Part shown: positions 37,764-39,043 of the stretch, piece after piece | Layout of the letters: the number at the start of each line of letters is the position of its first letter | Numbering within the stretch: position 1 is the stretch's first letter | Origin: Candidatus Limnocylindria bacterium | GTDB taxonomy: Bacteria > Chloroflexota > Limnocylindria > QHBO01 | DNA: 39,043 nucleotides | Assembly: GCA_050695855.1 (NCBI GenBank) | Contig: JBOGTA010000102.1 | Span: 1-39,043, forward strand | Reading direction: 5' to 3' | Position numbers and translations under genes: made by a program | Notes under the pieces: model-generated | Database searches by the model: none | What the model was told of the DNA's origin: nothing | Seen by the model: only the letters and a program-made list of their open reading frames with translations

Positions 37764-38537
37764 ATGAGGCCCAAAGGGACGCTGATGAGACCGAGGAGAA
37801 CTGGCATCCGTTATCTGCTCGCCGCCGTGCTGACGTCGGGAATGCTGATGCCCTCGCCGGTGGCGGCCGCGCTCCCCGAGGACGCATTGCTGCCCGATCT
37901 CGGCATGGCGCCGCTCACCAATTTCCGTGTCGAGCGTCGCCCGCGTGGCGACCGCTGGCTGCGGTTCAGCGCGGTGATCGTCAACGTCGGCGACGGCCCA
38001 TTCGACGTGGTTCGGTACACGAATCCAGCCGGGCAGCTGCAGGTCGACCAGCGGGTCATGACTGGCTCTGGGTGGGCCAACGAACCCACTGCCGCGGTCA
38101 TGTACTGGTCCGGCGACGGCCACAACCACATGCATGTGCGCGACCTGCAGGAGTACGTGCTGGTTTCCCAGAACGGGCTGGTCCGCCGCTACGGCGAGAA
38201 GCATGGCTTCTGCTTCTGGGACAACTACCGCTACAACTTGTCCCTGCCCGGCGCACCCGCCAACGCGGTCTATACCGGCTCGAACTCGTGCCAGGTCCTC
38301 GCCAATGGCACGGTGTTGATGGGCCTCTCGGTCGGATGGGGCGACCAGTATCCGTACCACCTCGTCGATCAGTACATCAACATCAGCGGTCTGCCCGCCG
38401 GCGAGTACACCGTGACCGCCACGGCCGACTGGGCAGGCTGGTTCGTGGAGGCGAACACCACGAACAACAGCACCACAGCGCGGATCAGGCTCAACAAGAA
38501 CGGCGTGACCGTTCTCGATCCGGGGACTGGCCCGTAG
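37764..38537 (+). CDS. secreted lysyl-oxidase-like copper amine oxidase
   Basis: Signal peptide [37 protein letters not shown] aligns with the animal CHQHYH copper site. EKHGFCFWD aligns with HKASFCLED (the LTQ Lys). [29 protein letters not shown] aligns with [37 protein letters not shown] aligns with ESDYTNNV. The ATG at 37785 has the better SD (AAGGGA, 5 nt upstream) and may be the true start. Confidence 0.85.
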   Translation: [257 protein letters not shown]

Positions 38538-38572
38538 GGTCGGCCGCGAGGGCGTTACGCAGGCGGCGTGGA

Positions 38573-38648
38573 TGGTGGAGATGAGGGGACTCGAACCCCT
38601 GACCCCCGCGATGCGAACGCGGTGCTCTCCCAGCTGAGCTACATCCCC
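38573..38648 (-). tRNA. tRNA-Ala (anticodon CGC), CCA encoded
   Basis: Hand-folded 76-nt cloverleaf: GGGGATG/CATCTCC acceptor with G3:U70, anticodon arm CCGCG-TTCGCAT-CGCGG, and T-loop TTCGAGT. Confidence 0.95.
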
Positions 38649-38709
38649 ACGGGGCGCCCATGGGGCGCCGGCAGGATAGCACGGCCCTTCCGCAGCCCCA
38701 GGCGGGGGA

Positions 38710-38738
38710 TTGCCATAGAACATCTGTTCTATTAGACT
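38710..38738 (+). promoter_or_regulatory. promoter of the imuA-like gene (TTGCCA, 17-nt spacer, TAGACT)
   Basis: The -35 TTGCCA is at 38710-38715 and the -10 TAGACT at 38733-38738. This is the most A/T-rich stretch I noticed in the window. The GTG start at 38746 lies 7 nt after the -10, which implies a leaderless mRNA. Confidence 0.5.
38715..38732. promoter_or_regulatory. LexA operator (SOS / Cheo box)
   Basis: ATAGAAC-ATCT-GTTCTAT is a perfect 18-bp palindrome with the Gram-positive/actinobacterial GAAC-N4-GTTC core. It fills the -35/-10 spacer. Confidence 0.65.
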
Positions 38739-38745
38739 GACCGAT

Positions 38746-39043
38746 GTGCCCGTAACTGTCGCTCAGCCGCTCCCCGAGGTGCTCGAAACGCTCCGGGGAC
38801 ACGGCCTGCGACGGGGGGTGGCACCGCTCCCCGGGGAGGTGACCATCCCCGCTGTCCCCACCGGCCACGCCGCCCTGGACCTGGCTCTGTCCACGGGCGG
38901 CTGGCCCCGGGGCGCACTCGCCGTCCTCGATGCCGCGCCCGGGCATGGCGCCACCTCCCTGGCCCTCGACTCGGTGGCCGCCAGCCAGGCGTACGGGGGA
39001 CTGGTGGCCTGGGTCGACCTGGCCGGCACGTTCGACCCGGCCC
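38746..39043 (+). CDS. imuA: RecA-fold protein lacking a Walker A lysine, ImuA/SulA-like (3' partial; runs off the window)
   Basis: The frame is open from GTG 38746 to the window end, so it is absent from the ORF track. VPTGHAALDLALSTGGWPRGALAVLDAAPGHGATSLALDSVAASQAYGGLVAWVDLAGTFDPA parallels RecA (TGSLALDIALGGGLPRGR...GPESSGKTTLAL...FIDAEHALDP), but GKT is replaced by GHGAT. GGWPRGAL is an ImuA-type motif. Confidence 0.6.
   Translation, partial: MPVTVAQPLPEVLETLRGHGLRRGVAPLPGEVTIPAVPTGHAALDLALSTGGWPRGALAVLDAAPGHGATSLALDSVAASQAYGGLVAWVDLAGTFDPA

Overview
This is a high-GC, tightly packed chromosomal segment. Its gene order (leuS-comEA-comEC-holA; obg-nadD-rsfS; rho) looks actinobacterial. 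I can support about 40 CDS, two tRNA-Ala genes (anticodons GGC and CGC) and a few regulatory elements.

Most of the window is housekeeping:
- pyrG, rho, obg, nadD, rsfS, holA, comEA/comEC and leuS
- a psuK/psuG pseudouridine module, agmatinase and a fused MoaD-MoaE
- two cell-wall hydrolases
- an AapJQMP-type amino-acid ABC transporter

Many neighbouring genes share 4-nt ATGA/GTGA start-stop overlaps, so operon structure is easy to read. The many long ORFs antisense to these genes are high-GC artefacts.

I found no recognisable multi-gene defence or mobile system. The observations most worth a second look are:
1. A perfect LexA (SOS) box fills the spacer of a promoter that drives an apparently leaderless, Walker-A-less RecA-fold (ImuA-like) gene at the 3' edge.
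2. A secreted bacterial lysyl-oxidase homologue keeps the HxHxH copper site and the Lys/Tyr positions of the LTQ cofactor.
3. A 45-nt relic of an ABC-ATPase C-terminus, together with the real aapP 3' end, brackets an alpha/beta-hydrolase-adenylate-cyclase gene. This looks like a recombination scar.
4. A decayed, frameshifted P-loop kinase gene has its 5' end overprinted by the zinc-ribbon start of a gene on the opposite strand.
5. An uncharacterised protein with an internal duplication is translationally coupled to a 50-aa membrane micro-protein.
6. An anti-SD/SD hairpin sits on the comEA ribosome-binding site.
7. The comEC reading frame runs 382 nt into the next gene.

All functional calls come from motifs I read in the translations. 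No database search was run.
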